From Candidatus Bathyarchaeia archaeon (GTDB taxonomy: Archaea; Thermoproteota; Bathyarchaeia; Bathyarchaeales; Bathycorpusculaceae): a stretch of DNA of 64,000 nt. This document shows, piece by piece, positions 37,441 through 47,969 of this stretch. The DNA lies in assembly GCA_049521795.1 (NCBI GenBank), contig JBEKOM010000001.1, positions 64,001-128,000 on the forward strand, read 5' to 3'. The stretch's first letter is position 1. Every line of letters starts with the position of its first letter. Both the position numbers and the translations under genes were made by a program. A model generated the notes under the pieces. It did no database searches. It had not been told where the DNA came from and saw only the letters and a list, made by a program, of their open reading frames with translations.

Positions 37441-37625
37441 ACCTATCCTCCTTTTCGTTGGTAAGTGCGTGTGCACAGCTTAAGAGTTTTACCTAGTCGC
37501 TCTGCGAGTCCCAAAAAAGTTAAGAATCGCTCGGCCTCCATTTGCGCTTAGTGGCGCATCTTTACGTCCTTAACTTTCAACAAGACTCTCAAGATGGTCT
37601 TTGATGAAGAACGATTGAGAGAAGA

Positions 37626-38834
37626 ATGGAGCTCAATGCTGTTGGCGGGAAGTACGTTATGAAAGTCTATTTTGCTCCCAACGGGATCGGTTTGGGACAC
37701 GTTGGAAGATGCGTGCCCGTTGCGAGGAGACTCAGGGAAAACGGCGCTGAAGTGGTTTTTTCAACTTACCGAGAAGGCATAGGATACGTTGAGCGCGAGA
37801 ATTTTCCGCTCATAAAGGCTCCTCCTATCGGGTTCCAAGTCAAACCCGATGGGAGCGTTGATTTCACGCAGACTGCGATCAATCCGGGACCGTTTTTGGC
37901 CACGTTCACTCTTCTAAGACAGCTCAACGCAGAAATCAGAACGATTGAGGGTTTCAAACCTGATGTCGTTGTTTCAGACTCGCGTGCCACGCCTTTGCTG
38001 GCGGGGAGACTTTTGAGGATTCCCAGAATCTGCATACTAAACCAATTCCATCCTATAGTTCCAAGGACAAAGCGTCTTCTACACTTGTCAAGGTTCGCAG
38101 ACGCGGTCACTTTGACTATTGTTGGCAAAATCTGGACAGGCGGAAACAAAGTTCTAATCCCGGATTTTCCGCAACCATACACGATATCAATCGGCAATCT
38201 CACCATCCCAAAACCTTACCTAAAAAATGTTAAGCTCATAGGACCGATACTCCCGACGAAACCAGAAGAATTACCGGCTAGAGAGGAAATATGCGAAAAA
38301 CTGAACCTGCCAACAGACAGGCCAACAATATTTGCCGCAGTGAGCGGCCCAACGTCAGAGAAGGCTTTCGTAACCGGAGTCCTGAGAAAAATCCTGCTGG
38401 AGTTTCCAGAAGATTATGAAATCATAATGTCCCTTGGCTACCCAAGCGCAGACAACAAGCCCACGCGCCATGGAAACGTTACGATTTACAAGTGGGTTCC
38501 TAACCGTTTTGAATACCTGAAAGCGTGCGACTTGGTCATAGGACGCGCAGGGCATGGAACGATAACTCAGTGTATGTGTTATGGCAAGCCCATGATACTA
38601 GTGCCCACACCTAGTCACACCGAGCAGATCAGCAATGCAAAACAGGCAGAGAACATCGGTGTTGCAAAAATCGTCTTACAGAATCGCTTGAGCAAAGAAA
38701 AACTCCTGCAAAACGTCCAAGCGACATTGCAGAGCGAAATGGTTCAGAGAGCTGCTGAGGTTCAAAAAGAAGTCCTGAAGTATGACGGATTGGAAAACGC
38801 TGTTCAGAACGTGATGGATGCGGTTGGAAAATAG
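37626..38834 (+). CDS. GT28/MurG-like glycosyltransferase
   Basis: GIGLGHVGR, PDVVVSD, RAGHGTI and HTEQ..NA motifs. Confidence 0.85.
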   Translation: MELNAVGGKYVMKVYFAPNGIGLGHVGRCVPVARRLRENGAEVVFSTYREGIGYVERENFPLIKAPPIGFQVKPDGSVDFTQTAINPGPFLATFTLLRQLNAEIRTIEGFKPDVVVSDSRATPLLAGRLLRIPRICILNQFHPIVPRTKRLLHLSRFADAVTLTIVGKIWTGGNKVLIPDFPQPYTISIGNLTIPKPYLKNVKLIGPILPTKPEELPAREEICEKLNLPTDRPTIFAAVSGPTSEKAFVTGVLRKILLEFPEDYEIIMSLGYPSADNKPTRHGNVTIYKWVPNRFEYLKACDLVIGRAGHGTITQCMCYGKPMILVPTPSHTEQISNAKQAENIGVAKIVLQNRLSKEKLLQNVQATLQSEMVQRAAEVQKEVLKYDGLENAVQNVMDAVGK

Positions 38835-38881
38835 AAGACTGCAACAAGTGTTTTAAGCCGAATAGCTGAGAACTTAGAGGC

Positions 38882-39736
38882 ATGTTCTTGCCGCGCAAGA
38901 TTCTAGAAGAGAAGCTTCGAGCTTTGTTGGCTGAGGACGTAGGACAAGGAGACATAACTAGTTCTTTGATAGTTCCAGCGGACACGAATGCGCGGGCCTC
39001 AGTAGTGGCAAAGCAGCTGGGGATCGTTGCTGGAATTGAAGAGGCAAAGATTTTTCTTCAGAGTTTAGGGCTTGAAGTGGAAGCTTCCGTGAATGACGGG
39101 AAAGAAGTGAGACCAAGTGAAGTTCTGCTCAGAATCTACGGAGATGCTCGCACGCTTCTGGCGGCAGAACGGACCCTGCTTAATCTTCTTTCGCGCATGA
39201 GTGGCATAGCGACAGCGACGAGGAGCTTGGTCGAGAAGCTTCGAAAGGCCAAGGTTAAGACTAGGGTTGCGTGTACCAGAAAGACTGCGCCTGGACTTCT
39301 GTACTTCGACAAGAAAGCCGTGCTGGTAGGCGGTGGAGACACGCATAGGCTCCATCTTGATGATATGATACTGATAAAAGACAATCACATAGCCCTGGCT
39401 GGAAGTGTCGAAAAAGCCGTTGAAAGAGCTAGGAAACACGCTTCTTTCAGCAAGAAGATTGAGGTTGAAGTAACTAAGACTGAGGAAGTTCTGGCTGCTG
39501 TTCGAGCTGGAGCTGACATCGTGATGCTGGACAACTTTTCTCCGAAACAGACAGAGAAGACGATGACGTTGCTCAGGAAGGAGAAGTATTATGGAAAAGT
39601 TTTGGTGGAAGCCAGTGGCGGAATAACTGCTGAGAACTTCATGAGGTTTGCCTCAACAGGGGTCGATGTCGTGAGTTTGGGCGAGATAACTCAGAGCCCA
39701 AAAGCCCTAGATATGAGTTTGGAAATCAACAAATAG
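38882..39736 (+). CDS. nadC: quinolinate phosphoribosyltransferase
   Basis: EDVGQGDITS, TRKT, LIKDNH, EVEV, MLDN and EASGG motifs. Confidence 0.95.
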   Translation: MFLPRKILEEKLRALLAEDVGQGDITSSLIVPADTNARASVVAKQLGIVAGIEEAKIFLQSLGLEVEASVNDGKEVRPSEVLLRIYGDARTLLAAERTLLNLLSRMSGIATATRSLVEKLRKAKVKTRVACTRKTAPGLLYFDKKAVLVGGGDTHRLHLDDMILIKDNHIALAGSVEKAVERARKHASFSKKIEVEVTKTEEVLAAVRAGADIVMLDNFSPKQTEKTMTLLRKEKYYGKVLVEASGGITAENFMRFASTGVDVVSLGEITQSPKALDMSLEINK

Positions 39737-39761
39737 CGAAAAGTTGATCGATGGGATAGTA

Positions 39762-40307
39762 TTAGCCGCTAGTTGCATTTATCAGGGCGATTTCTATTAT
39801 TGCAGATACTAACAATATCAAAGTTACAATGGCGATGAGGACAGCGGCGTTTCTAAGCTCTCTCTTGCCGTAGCCTTGCATGGTCCTTCGAATGAGCCAG
39901 ACGCTTTCTGCTAGGCCTACAGACATCGAGATGTTCTCTAACCAATAGATCGGAATCAGAAAGTATAGGAGGAGCAACAGCCACGGCGGTAACCCCTGCG
40001 CCTGCGGAGACATGGATTGTGCGACTATGACGACTCCTGAGCTGTAGCTTGAAAAGAAGCCGAAGATTGGTCCGCCAATGGGCACGAATGTTGCTAGACA
40101 GAGAATGAGGTTGTGTCCGAAGATGTTTTCAACACTGGCTGTGGCCCGCTCCTGATCTATTTCCTGGTTTATACTATTGGCGTCTTGTTGACTTAGGTGC
40201 GTCAGAAGTCCTACACCGGTGGCGACCTGCCACAGCAATAAGAAGACCGCGACAGTGATAATCCGCTTTCTTCTTGATGAGGACCTTTTCCAAAAACCGG
40301 GCATCAA
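39762..40307 (-). CDS. SpoIIM-like membrane protein
   Basis: IFGHNL and LLVSAIIE motifs. Confidence 0.75.
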   Translation of the reverse strand: MMPGFWKRSSSRRKRIITVAVFLLLWQVATGVGLLTHLSQQDANSINQEIDQERATASVENIFGHNLILCLATFVPIGGPIFGFFSSYSSGVVIVAQSMSPQAQGLPPWLLLLLYFLIPIYWLENISMSVGLAESVWLIRRTMQGYGKRELRNAAVLIAIVTLILLVSAIIEIALINATSG

Positions 40308-41006
40308 TCACTTTGCCTCCTTTGGACTTATTCTTAATGCTCTGAAACCCCTTGCCACGGGGTTTAATACTTCTGTGATATTGACCTTTTTGAGAACTTC
40401 TCCTGTGTCCTCCGCGTCACCTCTTACGTCGTGCTCTGCAGGCATCAACGAGTACAGGTAGACGTTGTTTTCCGTTAGCCTTGGCTGGCATCTGGAGGGT
40501 AAACCTAGCAGGACAGTTTGTTTCTCATCGATAGCTCTTGCGCTTGCATAGAGTATCGCGTGTGCGCCCGATGTCAGCTCGGCGATCCTTACTGGTACGC
40601 TTTCTTTGCCTATGGCCAACACTTCAGCACCGTATTTTTGCATTATTTCGTTGGCGATTTTTCTGAGCCTCGGCAACACTTTTAACAGGTGGCGTTTGGC
40701 GTTTGCTGAGATTTTCATGTTGGTGAATTCTATGGGGGAGAGTTGTTCAAGCGTCACTGACCCCAGGGACATGTCGAGGTGCACAACGTCAGCCTTTGCT
40801 TTTGCGATTAGGTCCCTGCAGAGTTCTGCTTCGTGTATTATGACTTCGTGGCCGTTTTCAGCGTTGGCGAAGATGGGTTCGGCCAGAAAAGCGCTTGCTT
40901 CCCTGTATGGTGGGAGGGTCAGGACTGATGCAGCTGCAACGATCGACAACGGTTTAAACTTGTCGTTGAGTATGGCTGCTGAGGAATCTGCCGCGATCAC
41001 TCTCAA
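40308..41006 (-). CDS. conserved archaeal protein (DUF4152-like)
   Basis: IAADS, VHLDMSLG and AIGKESVPVRIAEL motifs. Confidence 0.7.
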   Translation of the reverse strand: MRVIAADSSAAILNDKFKPLSIVAAASVLTLPPYREASAFLAEPIFANAENGHEVIIHEAELCRDLIAKAKADVVHLDMSLGSVTLEQLSPIEFTNMKISANAKRHLLKVLPRLRKIANEIMQKYGAEVLAIGKESVPVRIAELTSGAHAILYASARAIDEKQTVLLGLPSRCQPRLTENNVYLYSLMPAEHDVRGDAEDTGEVLKKVNITEVLNPVARGFRALRISPKEAK

Positions 41007-41045
41007 CCTTTCACCTTGCTTGTCAATTAGCGCGGTGACGAGGAT

Positions 41046-41675
41046 TTATGTTTGCTGTTCTAAGCCTTGCTTCTTCAGGTGTGTTCCTAGAATGAAGATT
41101 TCTGAGCTTTTGGCTCTGCTGGCTTTCGGTTTCACCACGACTATGGTTTCGAAGCATTGTTCCACCTTGTGCACGAAGTCGTCAAGCATGTCTCCTTGGA
41201 AGACCTTGACGAAAAAGTTTCCTGAAGGTCTCAGTGTCTGCTGCGCTATTTCGAGTGCGCGTTGTGCTAGGTCTATTTGGCGAGCATGGTCAACTTCCCA
41301 TATTCCTGAGATGTTCGAGGAAGCATCGGAGATTACGGCATCGGCTTTTCTTGGGAGCATTTCCAGAATCTGGTTAACTGCTTCTTCTTCTGTTATGTCG
41401 CACACTATCGTTCTCACGTAGGGTTGTGGAAACGGTTCGATATGTTTCAGGTCGACGCCTAGGACAAAGCCTTTTTTGCCGACGGTTTTTCGTGCCGCTT
41501 GGACCCAGCCGCCTGGCGCTGCGCCCAGGTCGACGACAACGTCGCCGTACTCTATGAAATGATACCTCGTTATAGCTTCAAAAAGTTTGTAGGTTGCCCT
41601 TGAGCGGTATTTTTCCAGCTTTGCCTTCTTGTAGTAGTAGTCTCTTTTTCTATTCTGAATCCACGCCTTGGGCAA
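41046..41675 (-). CDS. rlmE: 23S rRNA 2'-O-methyltransferase RlmE/FtsJ
   Basis: YRSRATYKL, DLGAAPGGW, KVFQG and KPKASR..SSE motifs. Confidence 0.93.
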   Translation of the reverse strand: MPKAWIQNRKRDYYYKKAKLEKYRSRATYKLFEAITRYHFIEYGDVVVDLGAAPGGWVQAARKTVGKKGFVLGVDLKHIEPFPQPYVRTIVCDITEEEAVNQILEMLPRKADAVISDASSNISGIWEVDHARQIDLAQRALEIAQQTLRPSGNFFVKVFQGDMLDDFVHKVEQCFETIVVVKPKASRAKSSEIFILGTHLKKQGLEQQT

Positions 41676-41677
41676 GA

Positions 41678-42055
41678 CTAGCTGTCACCAACAGCGCCCA
41701 GCTGGTCTTGAGAAATATAATGAAGCCACTCTGTGAGCTTTTCACAATCTTGCGGTGAAATGGCACTTGACGGGTCACATCGAGGGTTGTCTGGGCACAT
41801 CAGGCATGGGCAGTCAGCTATCGAGTCTATTGATGCCGGTAGCCTTTTGGGGAACAGTCTGTACGTCCATCTTCCCTCTCGGAGTTCTTTCTCTCTCCGG
41901 ATGAGCCCTTTGTTCTCGAGTTTAAGGGCTATTCTGGAGCCTTCGCGGCTGCTGGCGTCCAACTCATGCCAGAGGTCAGATTGGAGCACACCCTCAAAGC
42001 CTGTGGTCATTATAAACTGCAGAGCCCTCTGCTCCAAGTCATTGCGCTTCGGCAT
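41678..42055 (-). CDS. TFE-beta / RPC34-like transcription factor (wHTH plus 4Fe-4S domain)
   Basis: GVLQSDLW wHTH and C-terminal PCLMC.....C......SPQDC..L..W cluster motif. Confidence 0.8.
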   Translation of the reverse strand: MPKRNDLEQRALQFIMTTGFEGVLQSDLWHELDASSREGSRIALKLENKGLIRREKELREGRWTYRLFPKRLPASIDSIADCPCLMCPDNPRCDPSSAISPQDCEKLTEWLHYISQDQLGAVGDS

Positions 42056-42134
42056 CTACATCAATTCCAAATCTTCCTGTTTAATATGTACAGCTTTTAA
42101 ATAAAAACCTGTATGTTTAAGATCGACAAAAACA

Positions 42135-43172
42135 ATGTTGAAAGATGGGAAAATGAAGGTTAAGGCACGGAGAGGCTACTGCTTGGGAATCGAATCGACG
42201 GCTGACGACTTCAGCGTTGGTGTGTCGACGTTTGACGGTGAAATACTTGCGAACGTGATAGACGCTTACGTGCCGCTGGAAGGTGGCATCCATCCGCGAG
42301 AGGCGGCCAGACACCATGCTGACGTGGCAAGTAAAGTTCTTCGAGAGGCTTTCGAAAAATCTGGGCTAAGGCCGAAAACCTTGTCTGTGTTGGCGTTTTC
42401 TCAGGGTCCAGGCTTGGGTCCGTGTCTGCGCACTGGTGCGACTGTGGCCCGGGCTTTAGCGTCCTACTTGGGCATTCCGCTTGTCGGAGTAAACCATTGC
42501 ATAGCGCACATTGAGATAGGTAAGCTTACGGCGGGCGCCAAAGACCCTGTGACACTGTATGTTTCTGGTGGCAACACGATGGTTGTAGCCTTTGAATCTG
42601 GGCGTTACCGGGTTTTCGGCGAGACGCTGGACATCGCTCTGGGAAATTGTCTTGATGTTTTCGCCAGGGAGGCTGGGCTTCGTCAGAAGGTAGGTGTGCC
42701 GTTCGGCGCCGTAGTAGAAAAGCTCGCGTTGGACGGGAAGAAGTTGATTCCGTTGCCATACTCGGTCAAGGGCATGGATGTGTCCTTGAGTGGTCTGTTA
42801 ACGGCGTCCGTTGCTCTGCTTGAGAAAGGAGGCTGTAGGCTTGAGGACCTATGCTATAGTCTTCAGGAGACGGCTTTTTCGATGGTGACCGAGGTCACTG
42901 AGAGGGCTCTGGCTCACACTGGGAAGAAAGAGCTTCTCTTGACCGGCGGCGTGGCTGCTAACAGAAGGTTGCAGTCGATGATCAGAGCCGTGGCCGAGGA
43001 GCATGGCGTCAGGTTCGAAGCGGTGGAGACGCAGTTTGCGGTGGACAACGGCGCGATGATTGCTTGGACTGGGGCTCTGGCTTACAGTCATGGTGTCGTT
43101 ACGCCGGTGGAGAAGAGTTTTGTCAGGCTGAGGTGGCGTCCTGAAGAGGTTGAGGTTCCGTGGGCAGAGTGA
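42135..43172 (+). CDS. kae1: KEOPS t6A synthase Kae1
   Basis: LGIESTA, GGIHP, VNHCIAH, VSGG and DNGAMI motifs. Confidence 0.95.
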   Translation: MLKDGKMKVKARRGYCLGIESTADDFSVGVSTFDGEILANVIDAYVPLEGGIHPREAARHHADVASKVLREAFEKSGLRPKTLSVLAFSQGPGLGPCLRTGATVARALASYLGIPLVGVNHCIAHIEIGKLTAGAKDPVTLYVSGGNTMVVAFESGRYRVFGETLDIALGNCLDVFAREAGLRQKVGVPFGAVVEKLALDGKKLIPLPYSVKGMDVSLSGLLTASVALLEKGGCRLEDLCYSLQETAFSMVTEVTERALAHTGKKELLLTGGVAANRRLQSMIRAVAEEHGVRFEAVETQFAVDNGAMIAWTGALAYSHGVVTPVEKSFVRLRWRPEEVEVPWAE

Positions 43173-43834
43173 GTTCGCCAGTGTTGATCAAGAAGGGGGC
43201 TGAGGCTAACCTTTACCTTGCAGACTGGCATGGCAGAACGGCGGTGATGAAGAAACGTCTGCGCAAGGAGTACAGGCCGCAGAAGCTTGATGAGCAGATT
43301 CGCATTTTCAGGACGATCCATGAGCCGCAGTTGATGCATGAGGCAAAGAGGGCTGGCGTGCCTACGCCGATGATCTTTCTGGTCGATGTGAAGAACACGA
43401 CTATAATCATGGAGTACATCGATGGAAAACAGGTGAAACAGTTGCTCAGTGACATTTCTAAGGCTGAGAGGCAACGCTTGTTCCTCAGGATTGGCCAGTT
43501 GATAGCACAGCTTCACAAGTGCGGCTTGATTCACGGCGATTTGACCACGTCGAACATGATTGTAGGCTTGAGCGGGAGGGTTTTCTTCGTGGACTTCGGG
43601 CTTGGCGACAGGAACAGGGAGGTTGAGGCGAGGGGCGTTGACCTGCACTTGATGAAGAGAGCCCTTGAAACCACGCATTACCAGTTCGCTGGGCCTTGTT
43701 TTGAGTCTGTTTTGGCAGGCTACGAAAGCGTGTTAGGCGCAGGAGCAGCAAAAAGTGTTTTAGATAAAATCAAGGAAATAGAGAGGAGGGGACGCTATGT
43801 CGCAGAGAGGAAACAGGAAGAATCTTCAGCTTAA
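43160..43834 (+). CDS. bud32: KEOPS kinase Bud32
   Basis: KGAEA, HGDLTTSN, DFGL and RGRY motifs. Confidence 0.95.
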   Translation: MGRVSSPVLIKKGAEANLYLADWHGRTAVMKKRLRKEYRPQKLDEQIRIFRTIHEPQLMHEAKRAGVPTPMIFLVDVKNTTIIMEYIDGKQVKQLLSDISKAERQRLFLRIGQLIAQLHKCGLIHGDLTTSNMIVGLSGRVFFVDFGLGDRNREVEARGVDLHLMKRALETTHYQFAGPCFESVLAGYESVLGAGAAKSVLDKIKEIERRGRYVAERKQEESSA

Positions 43835-44402
43835 AGGCCGCGTCATATTCTTTGCAACGAACAACGTTAACAAGTTCGATGAAGCCCGCAGAGTCCTAAC
43901 CGAACACAACGTAGCGGTTGGCATGCTGAGAGTGAAGTCGCTTGAGATTCAAAGTGAAAGCCTCGAAGAGATCGCCAGAGCAAGCGCTTTGAACGCTTTT
44001 GAGAAGTGCCATCTGCCAATCATAGTGGAGGACGCCGGGCTGTTTACAGACGCTCTGAATGGTTTTCCTGGGCCGTACGCGGCTTACGTGTACAAGACGG
44101 TTGGAAACCAAGGTCTGTTGAGACTGATGAAGAACGTAAAAGCCAGGAGGGCTCACTTTGAGTCTGCGGTTGCATACTTCTCAGCGGAGCTACAGTCGCC
44201 GATCTGTTTTCACGGCGAAGTGATCGGAGAAATAACGGATGAGGAGAGAAAGGGAAGCAACAGGTCTGGTTTTGGTTTCGACCCGATCTTCAAGCCGCTG
44301 AATAGCCATAAGACATTCGCTGAGATGACCATCGAGGAGAAGAACGAGCACTCACATCGGGCAAGAGCCTTACGAAAATTCGTACTGTGGTACAAGAGCT
44401 AA
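43797..44402 (+). CDS. rdgB: XTP/dITP diphosphatase
   Basis: ATNN.NK, EDAGL, GFGFDPIF and SHR motifs. Confidence 0.93.
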   Translation: MSQRGNRKNLQLKGRVIFFATNNVNKFDEARRVLTEHNVAVGMLRVKSLEIQSESLEEIARASALNAFEKCHLPIIVEDAGLFTDALNGFPGPYAAYVYKTVGNQGLLRLMKNVKARRAHFESAVAYFSAELQSPICFHGEVIGEITDEERKGSNRSGFGFDPIFKPLNSHKTFAEMTIEEKNEHSHRARALRKFVLWYKS

Positions 44403-44466
44403 GATCCTTTGGCCTTGGCGCACGTTTTTAGGATTAAACGTACTGATAGACACTTCATAACGTTTA

Positions 44467-44661
44467 TTGTTGAGAAAGATTTATGTTCAAACAGTGACGC
44501 TTTTGGAAACAAGGGTCGAACAGGAGACTTTCATCGTATCTGAAGAAGAGCTTGAACGCTGTCGAATGTGCAGCAAAATGTTCAAACCATACAAGATTAA
44601 GGAACGTGGACGAGAGCTTGACAGCGCCATCTGTAAAGAGTGCCGCGAGAAATCTGCCTAG
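44467..44661 (+). CDS. small Zn-finger hypothetical protein
   Basis: CxxC...CxxC; the true start is probably downstream. Confidence 0.45.
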   Translation: MLRKIYVQTVTLLETRVEQETFIVSEEELERCRMCSKMFKPYKIKERGRELDSAICKECREKSA

Positions 44662-44795
44662 TGCACGCTAAACGTTTCCTGTTAATGTGACACAATCTCA
44701 TTTATCTTCCAGATCCTTGAAGGGCTAGCTGCGCGCGTTTTGAGGGTACACAAAACTTTTAAAAAGACTTCTGATGAACTTTACTCGATGTCAAA

Positions 44796-45629
44796 TTGGC
44801 TCAACCGAGCTATCCTCCGCCTCCTCCAGCTGAACACCCTCAAAGTTCCCGAGGAAGCGGTCTTCACGGCCCAGAAACCCATTTATTCACAAGCATCAGA
44901 ACTCATTTGACTTTCTTAGAACAACAACTCCCAACGTCGTTGGCAAAAAACTTTAGAAAAGGATTAGTCTTGGCCCTAATCCTCGGAGCAACACTCAGCA
45001 TAGCGTTATCTGCCCTCTTCGAACTCTTGATCGGGGTAAGTCTAGTTGCGATAGCAACTGTTTTTCCTCTTCTGGAAGAGATTTTCAAAGGTCTGAGCAT
45101 ACTGCTTGTAGCACTATTCGTCTGGAAGACAATTCCAAGCCGTCGGTACGGCGCGATCCTTGGAGCATCAACTGGGTTGGGATTCGCCATATCAGAAAAC
45201 ATCATTTACTCCGTTCAATACGCGTTAAGCAACGCTTCAAATTCAGCTGAGCTTATAGCCTCCAGATGGGTCGGTGTACCGTTCATGCATGTTACTTGGG
45301 ATGCTTTTGTCGGAATAGGGATTTTTGTCCTCTTGGCCCAAAAATCATCACGCCGAGGCACCCCATTATGGCTCGCAATGCCGTTTCTGCTTGCAGGTGT
45401 GCTCGCTCACATGCTATGGAACTCCATTGCAGTTGCACTTTCAGGCATAGACGTTTTCGGGGTCATTTTGGTGGATGTGATAGTGATTTTCATTCCGTTC
45501 GCTATAATGCTGAGAGACTTCCTCGGAGGGCATTTCAACCTCCAAGGCTTTTTGAAGTCTGCGACCGAGCCACGAGCTCCTCAAATTTTAATTCCGCCTC
45601 AGCCACCACCCCCACCCCCTCCACCCTAA
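44796..45629 (+). CDS. PrsW-family intramembrane metalloprotease
   Basis: EEIFK, GFAISEN, H and HMLWN motifs; Pro-rich termini. Confidence 0.88.
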   Translation: MAQPSYPPPPPAEHPQSSRGSGLHGPETHLFTSIRTHLTFLEQQLPTSLAKNFRKGLVLALILGATLSIALSALFELLIGVSLVAIATVFPLLEEIFKGLSILLVALFVWKTIPSRRYGAILGASTGLGFAISENIIYSVQYALSNASNSAELIASRWVGVPFMHVTWDAFVGIGIFVLLAQKSSRRGTPLWLAMPFLLAGVLAHMLWNSIAVALSGIDVFGVILVDVIVIFIPFAIMLRDFLGGHFNLQGFLKSATEPRAPQILIPPQPPPPPPPP

Positions 45630-45827
45630 TGTTCCCAACGGAAATCGCAAGTTTACACATGTACGATAACGATGCAAAACTCCCCATAGGCGACTCATTT
45701 GTCGTTTAGGAATCTCCAGCATTTCCATAACCAATCTTTGTTCGTCCACTGAGTCAGTCTGCGATATGGGCATGCGCTGAGTGAGTGCGAGAGTTATAAG
45801 AGTGCCAGGTTTGTTCTGGTTATAAAT

Positions 45828-47087
45828 TCACACGTTAATGTTTATGCTGTACACGCACATAATCCAGATGCCAGCTGCGTTTGGGATCGTGGGGGAAATT
45901 ATTACGCTAGAAGTATCGGCTTCCAAGCGTCTTGGTGTTGTTGCTTGGTACTCTCCGTCCAATCCTACCGTTACCGTCGTTTCGTTGAGAACGACATGAA
46001 AGGTGTTCCATTGGAATGGTGTCAATTGTGTCTTAACGGACGACACGTACCTTAGGTACTGCCCCTCTATTTTTTGCGATAATTCCAGAACTCCGTCCTT
46101 GTGGAAGACGACGTAGTAGTAGTTATCTTCGTTCGTGTAGTCGAAGACTATCCACGGTACATCCCAACTGTTCGCTCCCGCTATGATGGTTCTGATGTGT
46201 ACGTCGAAGCTGAAGTTTCTGGAGGTGACAGCCACTTTTGTGCCGATTCTTCCTGTTTGGAACACAACCAATATCAAAAGCAACGACACGACTACGACTA
46301 CGACTTCTTTCTTTCTGATTAAATGGAACTTATCCACACGTTTCTCGCTGCGTGCTTTCATCAAGGGTTTCGCAAGGTAGAGATCCGTTGCTAACGCAGG
46401 TATTATGTAGAAAGGAATGGATGTTTGGTTTATCTGAATTGGGAATTCAAATAGGTGGTTCAATACTAGCGATGCCATGAGTGATGCAATGAAGATCAAG
46501 AGAATAATCGTAGTCAATGATTTCTTAATTCCCAGAAATGATGCGACACTTTTTCTAGGATCGTTCATTTTCCCTAGTCCTGCGAGAAGTTCTCCTGCGA
46601 ACGAGAAGAAGACTATGGCTAGCACGGCTAACAGTGCCGTTGCGTTGAAGAAACCTAGCGAGCCGTATCCCAGGATGAAAATGAAGATGTATCTTAATGC
46701 GTGATGTATGGCATCAAACGGGGCTTTCCCACTACAAATGGGATAGAGAGAGTAAACTATCAGAATCAAGACTCCCATGACTATTTCAAAAGGTGTAAGT
46801 GGCATGAGAAGTGGAATCAACGATGCAAAAGCTATTGTGGAGTAGATTCTTGTTTTCTTTGAAGCATCTCTATTCTCTGCGAACATCATTGAAAAAAGTT
46901 TCGACATCACAACAAATACAGATACAAATACGAATACAAACGGGCTGATCGCGAGTCTTGACGAAATCAGGTATCCGAAGAACGCAGTCAAAAACACGTG
47001 TATGATTGATGACATGTGGGAGGGGAGTCTTGCCCAAGGACTGAGTGAGCGTGCCATATCCACGTGAGATATCCCCTCGTTTTTCAT
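45828..47087 (-). CDS. membrane protein with UbiA-like TM region and C-terminal beta-sandwich domain
   Basis: Multi-TM region with YS....K.PFD; C-terminal DEDNYYYV...WNTFHV...LDG pattern. Confidence 0.55.
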   Translation of the reverse strand: MKNEGISHVDMARSLSPWARLPSHMSSIIHVFLTAFFGYLISSRLAISPFVFVFVSVFVVMSKLFSMMFAENRDASKKTRIYSTIAFASLIPLLMPLTPFEIVMGVLILIVYSLYPICSGKAPFDAIHHALRYIFIFILGYGSLGFFNATALLAVLAIVFFSFAGELLAGLGKMNDPRKSVASFLGIKKSLTTIILLIFIASLMASLVLNHLFEFPIQINQTSIPFYIIPALATDLYLAKPLMKARSEKRVDKFHLIRKKEVVVVVVSLLLILVVFQTGRIGTKVAVTSRNFSFDVHIRTIIAGANSWDVPWIVFDYTNEDNYYYVVFHKDGVLELSQKIEGQYLRYVSSVKTQLTPFQWNTFHVVLNETTVTVGLDGEYQATTPRRLEADTSSVIISPTIPNAAGIWIMCVYSININV

Positions 47088-47511
47088 TGTTTCACATCGC
47101 TTACAGGAGTTTTAGGAAGTTCTTCCATTTTATTTTTTCTTGCAAGCTATTGATGTAACGTGTGAATAGCATTTAACCCCTTGTCTAGATAGGTACATCC
47201 TGATGTTCTTAGGTAAGAGTATCAGCAGCAAGTTGAAAAGGCTTGAGGAGTGGATCAATATGTGGAAGGGTTTGATTTCCTTGGATCTTCAATCCCTAGT
47301 TTGTCTATGTCCGTGCGCAGATTTAAGATTGCCTAGCGCGCGGTCTGTCAGAGAGAGTAAGTGAGAGGTGCGTGAGAGATAGAAGTAAAAGGTTTGGAGT
47401 TTTCGGGATAGAACTCTACCCAACCAACCAATTTAACGAGGGGTCAAGGCAGGCTGGGAGACAGCAAAGAACGCAAGAGAAAAAGGGAAAAGAAAAGGGG
47501 AAAAAAGGTGT

Positions 47512-47754
47512 CTAGAAGTATTTCTTGGTCGCGAATGCCGCTATTGTAGGCCCTATGATTATTGCAACGGCTATCAGCGCAGCTGCCTTCGAAATGTCGC
47601 CGCTAATGCCGAAGACTGATATTCCCCAGTTGGCAATTCCAAGCGCTAGCACAGCTAGGATTATGGCTAGGATTATGCCTATGATGCTTATCAGTAGCTC
47701 TTTTCCAGAGGAAGCTGCTTTTTCAGCCATTTGTTCAGCTTTTTTTTCAGCCAT
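47512..47754 (-). CDS. small membrane protein
   Basis: ATG 47754; two TM helices. Confidence 0.6.
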   Translation of the reverse strand: MAEKKAEQMAEKAASSGKELLISIIGIILAIILAVLALGIANWGISVFGISGDISKAAALIAVAIIIGPTIAAFATKKYF

Positions 47755-47969
47755 ATAAGCCACAGCCTTGTATCTCTCGGTCAGCACATAAAACACTTGT
47801 TGTTCTAACTCATCTGCGTGTTTATCCGCATCATGTTTTTCCGGGTTTTGGGGGTGGAGGTTATCCCAAACCAAACCTGACGACGATGCCTTGCTCTGGA
47901 AAAGCGCACGCGTGGTTGGTTTAGGCACCCACGCTGCATTTTACAAAAGATAGCTAGGTTAAAATATCC

